From NCBI GenBank assembly GCA_963668315.1, contig OY764216.1, positions 2,144,001 to 2,208,000 on the forward strand: DNA of 64,000 nt. Reading direction: 5' to 3'. The DNA is from Spirochaetia bacterium (GTDB taxonomy: Bacteria > Spirochaetota > Spirochaetia > DSM-2461). The position numbers were made by a program, and so were the translations under genes. Under the pieces are notes generated by a model. That model saw nothing but the letters and a program-made list of their open reading frames with translations, made no database searches and had not been told where the DNA came from. Numbering within the stretch: position 1 is the stretch's first letter; the number at the start of each line of letters is the position of its first letter. This document shows positions 29,152 through 37,794 of this stretch, piece after piece.

Positions 29152-29180
29152 TTGATTACTTTCATCACAATCCCTATAAT
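29152..29180 (+). promoter_or_regulatory. sigma70 promoter, probably leaderless, for the Nif3-lspA operon
   Basis: TTGATT-N17-TATAAT; ATG 6 nt downstream; no SD. Confidence 0.75.
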
Positions 29181-29186
29181 AACTCC

Positions 29187-29948
29187 ATGACTATCGGTGA
29201 ATTTGACAGCTGGGTCCGGTCTTTTCTGAATATTGACGAAATGGCAGGCAAGGACTATTCCCTCAACGGCCTCCAGGTGGGAGACGCCTCCCGGGAAATT
29301 CATAAAATCGCCTTCGCCGTGGATGGTGTCAAGGCGGTATTCGACCAGGCGGCCCGGGAAAAGGCCGATCTGATATTTGTGCATCACGGACTTTTCTGGG
29401 GACGGGAGCAGGCCGTGACGGGTGTGCATTACCATCGCCTGGCTTCCCTTATCAAGAACGACATCGCTCTCTACGCCGCCCATCTGCCCCTCGATATGGA
29501 CGGGGACGTGGGAAACAACATCGGCCTGGCCCGAAGGCTCGGACTGACCGATGTGGAACCCTTCGGAGACTTCCGGGGAAAGAAAATCGGCTTTACGGGA
29601 AATCTGCCCGTACCCGCCCGTCCGGAGGACCTGGTGATGCGCCTTTTCGGCGGCTGGGAACCGGAGATCCGCCTGATGGATTTCGGGCCCGATATGGTGC
29701 GCCGCGTCGCCCTGATTTCCGGCGGAGCCCCCGACGACGTCTCCCAGGCTATTGAGATCGGTGCCGACCTCTATATCACGGGAGAGTCGAAACACTCCAT
29801 CTACCACCTGTGCCGTGAGGCGGGAATAAACGTTATCTTCGGGGGGCATTACCGCACCGAGACGGACGGCGTCCTGAGTGTCAAAAAGAAGGTGGAAGAG
29901 GAACTGAAGCTGGATACGGTTTACATCGACATACCTACCGGTTACTGA
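29187..29948 (+). CDS. Nif3-like dinuclear metal centre protein (YbgI family)
   Basis: DYSLNGLQV, VHHGLFW, HLPLD..GNN, YITGE, GHY.TE. Confidence 0.93.
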   Translation: MTIGEFDSWVRSFLNIDEMAGKDYSLNGLQVGDASREIHKIAFAVDGVKAVFDQAAREKADLIFVHHGLFWGREQAVTGVHYHRLASLIKNDIALYAAHLPLDMDGDVGNNIGLARRLGLTDVEPFGDFRGKKIGFTGNLPVPARPEDLVMRLFGGWEPEIRLMDFGPDMVRRVALISGGAPDDVSQAIEIGADLYITGESKHSIYHLCREAGINVIFGGHYRTETDGVLSVKKKVEEELKLDTVYIDIPTGY

Positions 29949-29968
29949 TTACGATTAAGGAGACATCA

Positions 29969-30508
29969 TTGCTGGAAAAAAAGCAACTTAAGCCATTTAT
30001 ACTGACGGCCGTTATCATCGTTCTTGATCAGCTGACGAAGCTGATTGTTGTCAAAAACATACCGGCCTATGACTGGAACAGTTTCATTACCGTGCTGGGA
30101 AACGATTTCTTCCGCATCATCCATGTGAGAAACCTGGGAGTGGCCTTCAGCATGGGAGACGGCCTTTCCGAGGTTTTCCGCTTTATCCTTCTCATGATTC
30201 TGCCCCTTGCGGTTCTTGTGTGGGTAGGTCGGATCATTTATCTTCGTGAAAAGGAAGGCCTTTCCGTTTATCAGAGCTGGCTTCTGGCAGGAATCGTCGG
30301 CGGGGGTCTGGGAAATCTCATCGACCGTTTTTTCCGTCCCGAAGGAGTCGTCGATTTTCTGGATTTCAAGTTCTACGGTCTTTTCGGCCTGGAGAGATGG
30401 CCCACTTTTAACGTGGCCGATTCCGCCGTTGTCGTAACGGTTCTGCTTCTTCTCATATCGTTTGTTGTGCAGACATTAAAAAAAGAAAGGAAAAATGAAA
30501 ATGAATAA
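29969..30508 (+). CDS. lspA: Lipoprotein signal peptidase II
   Basis: DQLTK, NLGVAFS, GGLGNLIDR, VVDFL, WPTFNVAD; TTG start after AAGGAG. Confidence 0.96.
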   Translation: MLEKKQLKPFILTAVIIVLDQLTKLIVVKNIPAYDWNSFITVLGNDFFRIIHVRNLGVAFSMGDGLSEVFRFILLMILPLAVLVWVGRIIYLREKEGLSVYQSWLLAGIVGGGLGNLIDRFFRPEGVVDFLDFKFYGLFGLERWPTFNVADSAVVVTVLLLLISFVVQTLKKERKNENE

Positions 30509-30776
30509 GACCCTCAATACCGTTCTGTTTATGATCATCGCCACTCTGGTCAATCTGATTATGATAGCCGTGATATTCTTCGTTCTGGTTATGATCCTCT
30601 CCCTCCTCCTCAACGAAAACTCCAGTTCCGAATTGATCACCATCGCCTACGGACTTTCGATTATTCTGGCCATAGGGGGGGGATTTTTCTTCTATAATAA
30701 ACTGATCCGCTGGGTCAATGAAAAATGGCATCTGGAAAACTACATTATTTCCAGTATGCGCCGTCCGAAAAAATAG
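30495..30776 (+). CDS. Small two-TM membrane protein overlapping lspA
   Basis: Two hydrophobic helices and a basic C-terminus; RBS AAGGA lies inside the lspA 3' end. Confidence 0.75.
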   Translation: MKMNKTLNTVLFMIIATLVNLIMIAVIFFVLVMILSLLLNENSSSELITIAYGLSIILAIGGGFFFYNKLIRWVNEKWHLENYIISSMRRPKK

Positions 30777-30811
30777 AACAGCCTCCCCGGACGCAGGGGA
30801 AGGAGTAAGAC

Positions 30812-32185
30812 ATGACGGGCAGAGAACGAATCCTCAATGTCCTGAATCAGAAGGAGACCGACCGAATCCCCTGGCTCCCCTTTGCCGGAGTTCATGCCGG
30901 TTATCTGGCCGGCTACACGGCCGAAGAGGTCTCCCGAGACGGGGATAAATGCCTCAGGGCCCTCAGGGAGGTAAACCGCCTCTACCGTCCGGACGGGCAG
31001 CCTGTCATGTTCGATCTGCAGATCGAAGCGGAAATCCTGGGATGTGATCTGTCCTGGTCGAAAGACTCACCTCCCGTGGTCATCTCCCATCCCCTGGAGG
31101 GAACCTGCGAAATCCCCCGTAAAATTCCCGGCGCCAATGAAGGGAGACTTTCCGTAGAATTGGACGTCATGAGGCGTATGAAGAAGGAGGTCGGTGATTT
31201 TACCGCCCTATACGGCCTTCTTACCGGTCCCTTTACGCTGGCCCTTCATCTGAGGGGCATGGATCTGTTCATGGATATGACCATGAATCCCGATTATGTA
31301 GCGAAACTTATCGATTACTGCACCGATGTGGCTGCTGCCGTCTCCGGATATTTTGTAGACGCCGGGATGGATGTCGTCGCGGTCGTTGATCCCCTGGTTT
31401 CCCAGATATCCCCCTCTCACTTCGGAGAATATCTGGAAGAGCCCTTTCGCAGACTGTTCAGCCTTATCGGAGAAAAAGGCGCAAAATCCTCCTTTTTTGT
31501 CTGCGGTGACGCCTTTGATAATCTGGAGCCCATGTGCCGAACCGGCTGCGACTCGGTTTCGGTGGACGAGAGCATCAGCCTGGCGGAAGCTAAGAAAATC
31601 TGTGATGCCCGGGGTGTCGTCCTCGGCGGGAATATCCCCCTGACCACGGTGATGCTCAACGGTACAGAACAGGATAATAGCAGATATGTCGTCGATCTCA
31701 TTGATTCACTGGATAATCACAGGAATCTGATTATCGCCACCGGATGCGACATGCCCTATGCCACGCCAAGGGAAAACGTTCTGGCCGCGGAACAGGCTGT
31801 ACACAATACGGACGCCGTCAGGGAAACACTCGGGAGTGGAAAGGCCGGCTTGGCGGAACCGGACGTGGAACTGCCCGATTACAAGAACCTGAAAAGACCT
31901 CTGGTTGAAGTCTTTCTCCTCGATCCCCTCTCCTGCGCTTCCTGCTCCTATATGCTGCGAGCCGCCCGTGAGGTCAAGGAGGAGTTCGGGGACCGGATTG
32001 ATCTGGCGGAATATGAGAAATCCCGTCCCGGGGATGCGGCCCGGTTTAAAAAGATGGGAGTGAAACAGATCCCCGCGATCTATATTAATGGAAAGCCGGA
32101 ATATTCCTCCCGCATTCCGGCCCGGGAGGAGCTCCGCGGCGTGATCGGGGAACTGCTGCAGAAGGGAACAGCCTTCCTTCATTGA
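30812..32185 (+). CDS. Uroporphyrinogen decarboxylase/MtaA-family protein fused to a C-terminal thioredoxin-like domain
   Basis: MT.RER...DRIP, EAEILGC, GPFTLA, VCG, GGNI and TGCDMP barrel motifs; C-terminal CASC ... GVKQIPAIYING thioredoxin-fold pattern. Confidence 0.85.
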   Translation: MTGRERILNVLNQKETDRIPWLPFAGVHAGYLAGYTAEEVSRDGDKCLRALREVNRLYRPDGQPVMFDLQIEAEILGCDLSWSKDSPPVVISHPLEGTCEIPRKIPGANEGRLSVELDVMRRMKKEVGDFTALYGLLTGPFTLALHLRGMDLFMDMTMNPDYVAKLIDYCTDVAAAVSGYFVDAGMDVVAVVDPLVSQISPSHFGEYLEEPFRRLFSLIGEKGAKSSFFVCGDAFDNLEPMCRTGCDSVSVDESISLAEAKKICDARGVVLGGNIPLTTVMLNGTEQDNSRYVVDLIDSLDNHRNLIIATGCDMPYATPRENVLAAEQAVHNTDAVRETLGSGKAGLAEPDVELPDYKNLKRPLVEVFLLDPLSCASCSYMLRAAREVKEEFGDRIDLAEYEKSRPGDAARFKKMGVKQIPAIYINGKPEYSSRIPAREELRGVIGELLQKGTAFLH

Positions 32186-32236
32186 CCGCGCCGACTTGCT
32201 GGGAAATTGGCTTCCCTTTCCACAGGGGGCGTTAAG

Positions 32237-32620
32237 TCACTCCGAAACGGTCAGTCTGATATGGAGCTGTGTTGTATAGTCGCTTCTCTCTCTGGACAGT
32301 TCGCAGGGGTATTCATAGCTTCCGAGGAACCCGGATCTGATAGCGCCTCCCTTATCCAGGACGATTCTGTAGCGGCAGGCGGGATTGTAATCTCTGATTG
32401 TTAACGAAAGGCGTCCTCTCTTATCGGTTTTTCCCGCAAAGGAATAGGCTGTCTGAAGTATTCCGGTGTTTTCCCGCGAATAATATACATGCAGGCAGGG
32501 CATCGGCATGCCGGTGCTGGATTCAGAGACGAACAGGCTGATTTTTCTGTCCCCGCCGGTGATTTTACAGAATCTTGAGAATTTTCGGCTAAGGGTTCTT
32601 TTACCATGGAAAACAGCCAT
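32237..32620 (-). CDS. Hypothetical protein, possibly a small beta-sandwich fold
   Basis: Fills the intergenic gap; TACAAT -10 box 6 nt before ATG 32620; V..S.TG.P...V.Y...GKTD..G pattern. Confidence 0.55.
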   Translation of the reverse strand: MAVFHGKRTLSRKFSRFCKITGGDRKISLFVSESSTGMPMPCLHVYYSRENTGILQTAYSFAGKTDKRGRLSLTIRDYNPACRYRIVLDKGGAIRSGFLGSYEYPCELSRERSDYTTQLHIRLTVSE

Positions 32621-32654
32621 GGGCATATTGTAACGGATATATAGACATCGGTAC

Positions 32655-32672
32655 ATACTACTTAAGTAGTAT
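32655..32672. promoter_or_regulatory. Perfect 18-bp palindrome, probable transcription-factor site
   Basis: ATACTACTTAAGTAGTAT, next to the -35 position of the promoter for the gene starting at 32620. Confidence 0.6.
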
Positions 32673-32728
32673 AAATATGAGGCGGTCCCACCCGGCACCG
32701 CTTCATAATAATCGATCTGCCTAATCCT

Positions 32729-35173
32729 CTATCTGACAATCAGTTCGCAGCTGACCGTTTCAAATCCCCCGGAAACGGCGTCGATAACGATCCTTCCCCG
32801 GCTTGTCGGGCGGATCACGGCGAGCAGTTCCCCGTAATAGGCAGAATAGGAATCCTCAAAGAAGCTGTCCCCGCTCATGGGATCGGCGCTCCCCAGCCCC
32901 TGAAGGACCCCTTCGCCCCGGACATTTACGGTAATGCGGTCGAATCTGTTTCTGTCTATCCGTCCCTTTTCATCGGTGAATCTTATAAAGGCATAGGCCA
33001 GGCTTCTATCATTCATCGGAATTTCCCTTTTATCCAGCTCAATGGCCAGAGTCAGGTTCTCCGAAGCCGTTTCAAGGAGACAGCGGCCTGTCTCCTTACC
33101 GGATATAATCGCGGACGCCTCGAGTCTTCCCGGCTGATACACCGTATCGAAAACCGTGCAATAGGCCAGTTCCTTCTCTGAGCTTTTCAGGGGAACCGTC
33201 TGTTTTCCCAGGGATTTTCCGTCGAGAAACAGCTCAATTTCATCGGCTTTTCCATACACTTCGACTTTTATCTTCTTTCCTTCATAGCCTTGCCAGCTCC
33301 AGGAATGGATAGAATCGCTCCAGCTCCAGGCTGTGTTGAAAACTTTCTTGCCGTAATGCTCCGGTTTCTGTACCGAAATATAGGGCTCACTTCGATTTCC
33401 CACGACAATTTCCCGATAGTAACTCTGGGGACGGCGGCGTCCGGTTATATCAAAATCACCGCAGTAGGCGATGAAATAGGGGAATGCCGCCGAAATGCCC
33501 CCTGTTTCAAGGGCTCTGTCATAGACATTACGCCCTATGCCCGCTTCGCCCAGATAATCCCAGGACGTCCAGCTGAAATCGCCTATCACGGGGGAGTGGT
33601 TCATTACCAGGTCCCAGTTCTTCGCCAGGTCCTTGGGAAAAGTCTCCGATCCCACGGATATCCAGTTATCGAACTGTTCCGCATCCTTAAGATACCGGTC
33701 CTCCGCATAATTATAGCCGGCGATATCCAGAACTTCCATGGTCTCCCTCGTGCTGTTGACGATGAATTCCTCGCATTGAATCTCTTTCATTCGGGAGCCC
33801 AGTTCCGAGATGATTCCGTTCATGCCGTCCACACCGCTGCCGCTGCTCTTTTCCGCCAGTCTGTGGAAGACTTCCTCCATATTGGACACCATGCCGTTCA
33901 CACCGGCCGTTATAAACCTTGAGCCGTCCCTTCGCCGTATCTCCCGGGCCAGCTCCCTGGCCAGAACTCCTCCCGAAGGCTTCCCCATTTCGGGGATCTC
34001 ATTCCCTATGGAGTACATAACGACGGAAGGGTGGTTGTAATCCTTGTCGATCAAGGATTCTATGTCTTTCAGGTAATCATCCCCAAATCCCGAGCTGTAG
34101 TCTTCCGTGGATTTCGGGACATTCCACATATCGCCCAATTCGTCCATCACCACCAGGCCTATCCTATCGCAGGCATCAAGAAGGGCGGGACTGGCGGGGT
34201 GATGGGCCATTCTGACCGCGTTATATCCGGCGCTTTTCAGGAGTTCCGCCCGCCGTTCTTCCGCCCGTCCGATGGTGGCGGAGCCCAGTACCCCGTTATC
34301 GTGGTGAATGCACCCTCCGTAGAGTTTGACCGTCTTTCCATTGATCTGCAGTCCCCTTAAGGGATCAAGAGCCAGGGTCCGAATGCCGAAAGGCGTCTCC
34401 TGTCTGTCTATTTCCCTGTCCCCTTCGCTAAGAGTCGTTATGCATGTATAAAGGATGGGGGAATCGATGGACCAGAGAAGGGGATTTTCTATATATAACC
34501 TTGATGAGAGTTTTTCCTCCCGGGTTTTCCCGTAAAAGGTTACTATCCGCCTTTCTTTCGCGACTGTCGCCCCCTTCATGTCCAGAATCTTCATTTCGGA
34601 CAGAAGGGTACGGTTACGGTACTCCCGGTTCTCAATCGTCAATTCCGCCGAAAGGGAGGCCATCTTCTCATCGGCCGAGAGGGTGGTAATCCTCATCCCG
34701 CTGGGGGCTATATGCACCTTATCTCCCACCAGCATATACACGTCACGGTAGATGCCGGCACCGGAATACCAGCGGGAATCCTCGCCGGTCCGGCAGGTCA
34801 CCTTTATCTCATTCTCTTCACCGGCTTTCAGAAGGGCGTCCCCGTCTATGATAAATTCCCGGTAGCCGTTCCGGCACTGTCCGGCATGTTCCCCATTAAT
34901 CCAGACAACGGCGTTCATATAAACCCCTTCGAAAAGAAAGCGTACAACCCGGTTCTCATACTCCCGGGGCAGGGTGAATACTTTCCTATACACAAAGGAG
35001 CCGTTCCTGTAAAAACCCTTGGCGCTGCCGCTTTCGGCATCGGCTTCCCTTTCCGTGCCAATCACCCCGTCGTGGGGGAGGGTGACTTTTCGGGGCGCGG
35101 CTCCCGTCTCTCCGAAAAGCCCGTTCTTCGCCGGGTAAAACTCCCAGTTTTCATTGAAGCTGATTTTTTCCAT
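32729..35173 (-). CDS. Glycoside hydrolase family 2 (beta-galactosidase-like)
   Basis: FEGVYM, SRWYSGAGIYR, FGIR, GGCIHHDNG.LG, NHPSVVMYSIGNE (acid/base), GSET (nucleophile), WDYLGE. Confidence 0.93.
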   Translation of the reverse strand: MEKISFNENWEFYPAKNGLFGETGAAPRKVTLPHDGVIGTEREADAESGSAKGFYRNGSFVYRKVFTLPREYENRVVRFLFEGVYMNAVVWINGEHAGQCRNGYREFIIDGDALLKAGEENEIKVTCRTGEDSRWYSGAGIYRDVYMLVGDKVHIAPSGMRITTLSADEKMASLSAELTIENREYRNRTLLSEMKILDMKGATVAKERRIVTFYGKTREEKLSSRLYIENPLLWSIDSPILYTCITTLSEGDREIDRQETPFGIRTLALDPLRGLQINGKTVKLYGGCIHHDNGVLGSATIGRAEERRAELLKSAGYNAVRMAHHPASPALLDACDRIGLVVMDELGDMWNVPKSTEDYSSGFGDDYLKDIESLIDKDYNHPSVVMYSIGNEIPEMGKPSGGVLARELAREIRRRDGSRFITAGVNGMVSNMEEVFHRLAEKSSGSGVDGMNGIISELGSRMKEIQCEEFIVNSTRETMEVLDIAGYNYAEDRYLKDAEQFDNWISVGSETFPKDLAKNWDLVMNHSPVIGDFSWTSWDYLGEAGIGRNVYDRALETGGISAAFPYFIAYCGDFDITGRRRPQSYYREIVVGNRSEPYISVQKPEHYGKKVFNTAWSWSDSIHSWSWQGYEGKKIKVEVYGKADEIELFLDGKSLGKQTVPLKSSEKELAYCTVFDTVYQPGRLEASAIISGKETGRCLLETASENLTLAIELDKREIPMNDRSLAYAFIRFTDEKGRIDRNRFDRITVNVRGEGVLQGLGSADPMSGDSFFEDSYSAYYGELLAVIRPTSRGRIVIDAVSGGFETVSCELIVR

Positions 35174-35273
35174 AAATATTCTCCTGGAAAAAAGAATAGG
35201 GGGAAAACCTTGACGGGACAATGTCGCAGAGCACTTTTTTTGAAATAGCTGTATCCTGGTGCACTATGCACCA

Positions 35274-36320
35274 TCAGATTTTATGGAGGGCACGGTATTC
35301 CCGGGGAGTGGCCCCATAGTGCTCCTTGAAAATCTTATAGAAATACTGTCTGTTGGAATACCCGGTTTTTTCGACGATATGGCTCACCGGAAGGTCGGTG
35401 TTCACAAGTAATTCCCTGCTCTCCTCAAGGCGAATCCTGTGCAGATATTCCGTATAGGTGAGCCCGGTATTTTCCTTGATCACCCTATTGTAGAAATTCC
35501 TGCCGTAGGAAAAGCGCTCTTCCAAGAGCGGCACGGAGAGTTTCTCCAGATTTCCCTTCATAAACTGATCGAGGATATAAAAGAAATGCTCATGCCGGGG
35601 GATTTCTCCTTTTTTTATTCTGATGTAATCATACTTTTTGCAGATTATCCGGAACAGTCTCATGGTCAGTATTTTTATCATCATCACGTAGCCCGCCCCT
35701 CTCTGCTGATCTTCCTGGATTATTTTGAAAAGCAGTTCGTCCGCATCATCTCCTGCTCCGAAGGGGCGGAATGTAATATATTCCCGGGTGCTCTTCTGTT
35801 CCAGAAGGGAGGCATTGACGAAGGAGTCCAGATCGGTCGGTTCCTCCTGGAGGGAGAGAATCTGGCGGGAGAAGAAATCGTCGCTGAAACAGAGCCAGAG
35901 GACAATCGTACCCGGCTCCCAGCGGCATTCGTAATGCAGGCTGTTATGGTCGACGATACTGAAGTCCCCTTTGCAAAGGCGCTCCCTGTTATCTCCTATG
36001 ACCTGATCCAGGGAACCTTCGACTATATAGGTCATCTCCAGATAGTTGTGCCTGTGGATGGGGAGCTGATCTATGCCTTCCAGGGGATGTCCGATCGTTT
36101 CCCCGTCCAGATAAAGAAGAATCCGGCCCTGTCCGGTTATCTTCATTATCTTGATGACAAAGGAGTCCTTGAGGGTATAGACGAGGCTGTCCCCGCCGGG
36201 AAGGCTGTAGTTTCTCGCCAGCTCTTCCAAATCTTCATTAATCTCCTCCGGGGCGGGGGATTTTCTGCGGCAACTATTCTGCAGGATCTTTTCAATAGCG
36301 GCGCCCAGCGCGTCCCCCAT
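35274..36320 (-). CDS. AraC-family transcriptional regulator
   Basis: Cupin sensor HRHNYLEMTYI; C-terminal GYSN..YFYKIFK..YG.TP.EYR. Confidence 0.92.
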   Translation of the reverse strand: MGDALGAAIEKILQNSCRRKSPAPEEINEDLEELARNYSLPGGDSLVYTLKDSFVIKIMKITGQGRILLYLDGETIGHPLEGIDQLPIHRHNYLEMTYIVEGSLDQVIGDNRERLCKGDFSIVDHNSLHYECRWEPGTIVLWLCFSDDFFSRQILSLQEEPTDLDSFVNASLLEQKSTREYITFRPFGAGDDADELLFKIIQEDQQRGAGYVMMIKILTMRLFRIICKKYDYIRIKKGEIPRHEHFFYILDQFMKGNLEKLSVPLLEERFSYGRNFYNRVIKENTGLTYTEYLHRIRLEESRELLVNTDLPVSHIVEKTGYSNRQYFYKIFKEHYGATPREYRALHKI

Positions 36321-37105
36321 TATCCCTTCCTCCTTTCGGAAATTGTGATCTCTGTATGGTGGTACATCATGAAAGGGGTAAGGCCGACGGCTTCCGCCAA
36401 TTCTCGGCTGGGTGTGTTTTTTTCATTCATCTGATATCGGATAAAACGGTTTTCTCCCGAGAGGAGGGCTATGGCATGATTCACGATCTCCTTCCCCAGC
36501 CCTTGCCGCCGTAAAGCAGGGGCCACCGATAGGGCGCCTATCTCCCAGATCTCCCCGTAATTGCGGTATATGACACAGCAGGCCGCCGGCTCCTCATCCC
36601 TTTTGATAAAAAGGAATTGCCCCGCCCCTTTCAGAAGGGCATCGATATCATCCCGCTTGTAATGGACGGCATGCAAAAGCTCATCGAATCCGTCGGGACA
36701 GCGGGGCCGGACGGATAGGGAGGAAGAAAGCTTGCCCGTGCAGCCGGGCGGGGCCGTATAGGAACGGAAGGAAGCTTTGCTGAGGGGAGAGAAAAATTCG
36801 GGAATCATAGATTCCAGCGGGGAGGAGCTCTTGAGGATATGCTTTCCCGGGGAGAGTTCCTCCATATAGGGGAGGAGCCTTTCGGCCGTCGCTCCGCTCA
36901 GTAGATGAATAGCCCGGGCGTAACCGTAATCCGCCGCGTCGTAAAGGATCATCCTAGGGGAAAACGTGATGGCAAGAAAAGAGCCTTCCTGCCGGTATTC
37001 CGCTCTGTCCTTCAGCTGCAGCGCGAATTTGAGGGAGGGCAGGTCAGTATAAAGCCGGCTCTCCAGTGATAGAACCGCCGTGGAAAAGTCAATCTTTCTT
37101 AACAT
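36320..37105 (-). CDS. GNAT-family N-acetyltransferase
   Basis: EIGALSV.PALRRQGLGK (motif A) and N.PS..LAE..G. Confidence 0.82.
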   Translation of the reverse strand: MLRKIDFSTAVLSLESRLYTDLPSLKFALQLKDRAEYRQEGSFLAITFSPRMILYDAADYGYARAIHLLSGATAERLLPYMEELSPGKHILKSSSPLESMIPEFFSPLSKASFRSYTAPPGCTGKLSSSLSVRPRCPDGFDELLHAVHYKRDDIDALLKGAGQFLFIKRDEEPAACCVIYRNYGEIWEIGALSVAPALRRQGLGKEIVNHAIALLSGENRFIRYQMNEKNTPSRELAEAVGLTPFMMYHHTEITISERRKG

Positions 37106-37185
37106 CTGTTACATTTTATCATGAAAAGTTGTATTTTTTTATAAATAAGGATATGATTTTTTTACAAAGTAAAACAGGAGTTAAT

Positions 37186-37707
37186 ATGAAACGTAAATTT
37201 GTTTTTGCCGCCCTCTTGCTGGCGGTCGTTCTGGCGGGATGCGCCACATTTCCCACCCCTTCATCGGGAGAGGACTCCCTGGCCGTATTTTCCCTTTCCA
37301 ATGATATTCTCGAGGGAAAATCCACTTTCGGGTATTACTATCTGGTCCTGAATGACCAGATGACGGGAGAGGAAGTAAGAAAGCTCAGACTCAAGGCGAC
37401 GCAAGACTATGTCGTTGTGAGCAATCTGAATCCGGGACGCTATTACGTATCCTCCTTTTATTTCCAGTCCGAACACGGTCAGCCCGGCTCGAAGAAAGCC
37501 TATGATAACGACTTTTGTCCCTTCACTCTCAGACCTGAAACCCTGACCATCGTCTCCAAGACCTTCGGCACCAGACTCGCCAAGAAAGAGGGCGGAGATC
37601 TCTTTATGCAGTTTATGGCTCCCAAGGACTGCAATTACGAGGAAACCCTCGCCAAGCTGGAAAATGATCACCCCGAGGAGATCTCCTCCTGGAAAATACT
37701 CTACTAG
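37186..37707 (+). CDS. Hypothetical lipoprotein
   Basis: RBS AGGAG, MKRK, hydrophobic stretch and canonical lipobox LAGC. Confidence 0.82.
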   Translation: MKRKFVFAALLLAVVLAGCATFPTPSSGEDSLAVFSLSNDILEGKSTFGYYYLVLNDQMTGEEVRKLRLKATQDYVVVSNLNPGRYYVSSFYFQSEHGQPGSKKAYDNDFCPFTLRPETLTIVSKTFGTRLAKKEGGDLFMQFMAPKDCNYEETLAKLENDHPEEISSWKILY

Positions 37708-37708
37708 C

Positions 37709-37738
37709 AAAAAAACGGGACCGTCAAAAGACGGTCCC
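37709..37738 (-). terminator. Rho-independent terminator of the EF-G paralogue gene
   Basis: GGGACCGTC-AAAA-GACGGTCCC with A7 on the + side, which is a U-tract on the minus transcript. Confidence 0.8.
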
Positions 37739-37794
37739 AGACGTGCCATCCCCAAGGGGGGAGCGGGGATAGCGACTCTCTCCTTAATACTCTC

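Noticed and set aside
32186..32728. Possible cobalamin riboswitch beside the MtaA-like gene
   Set aside because: The region is downstream of that gene, has no convincing B12-box, and is better explained by a minus-strand ORF with its own promoter.
35257..35273. TGGTGCA-CTA-TGCACCA palindrome between araC and the GH2 gene; also TTATGC-N9-GCATAA at 10730-10750
   Set aside because: Short, single-copy, and not the direct-repeat type expected for AraC. Could be operators but are not distinguishable from chance here.
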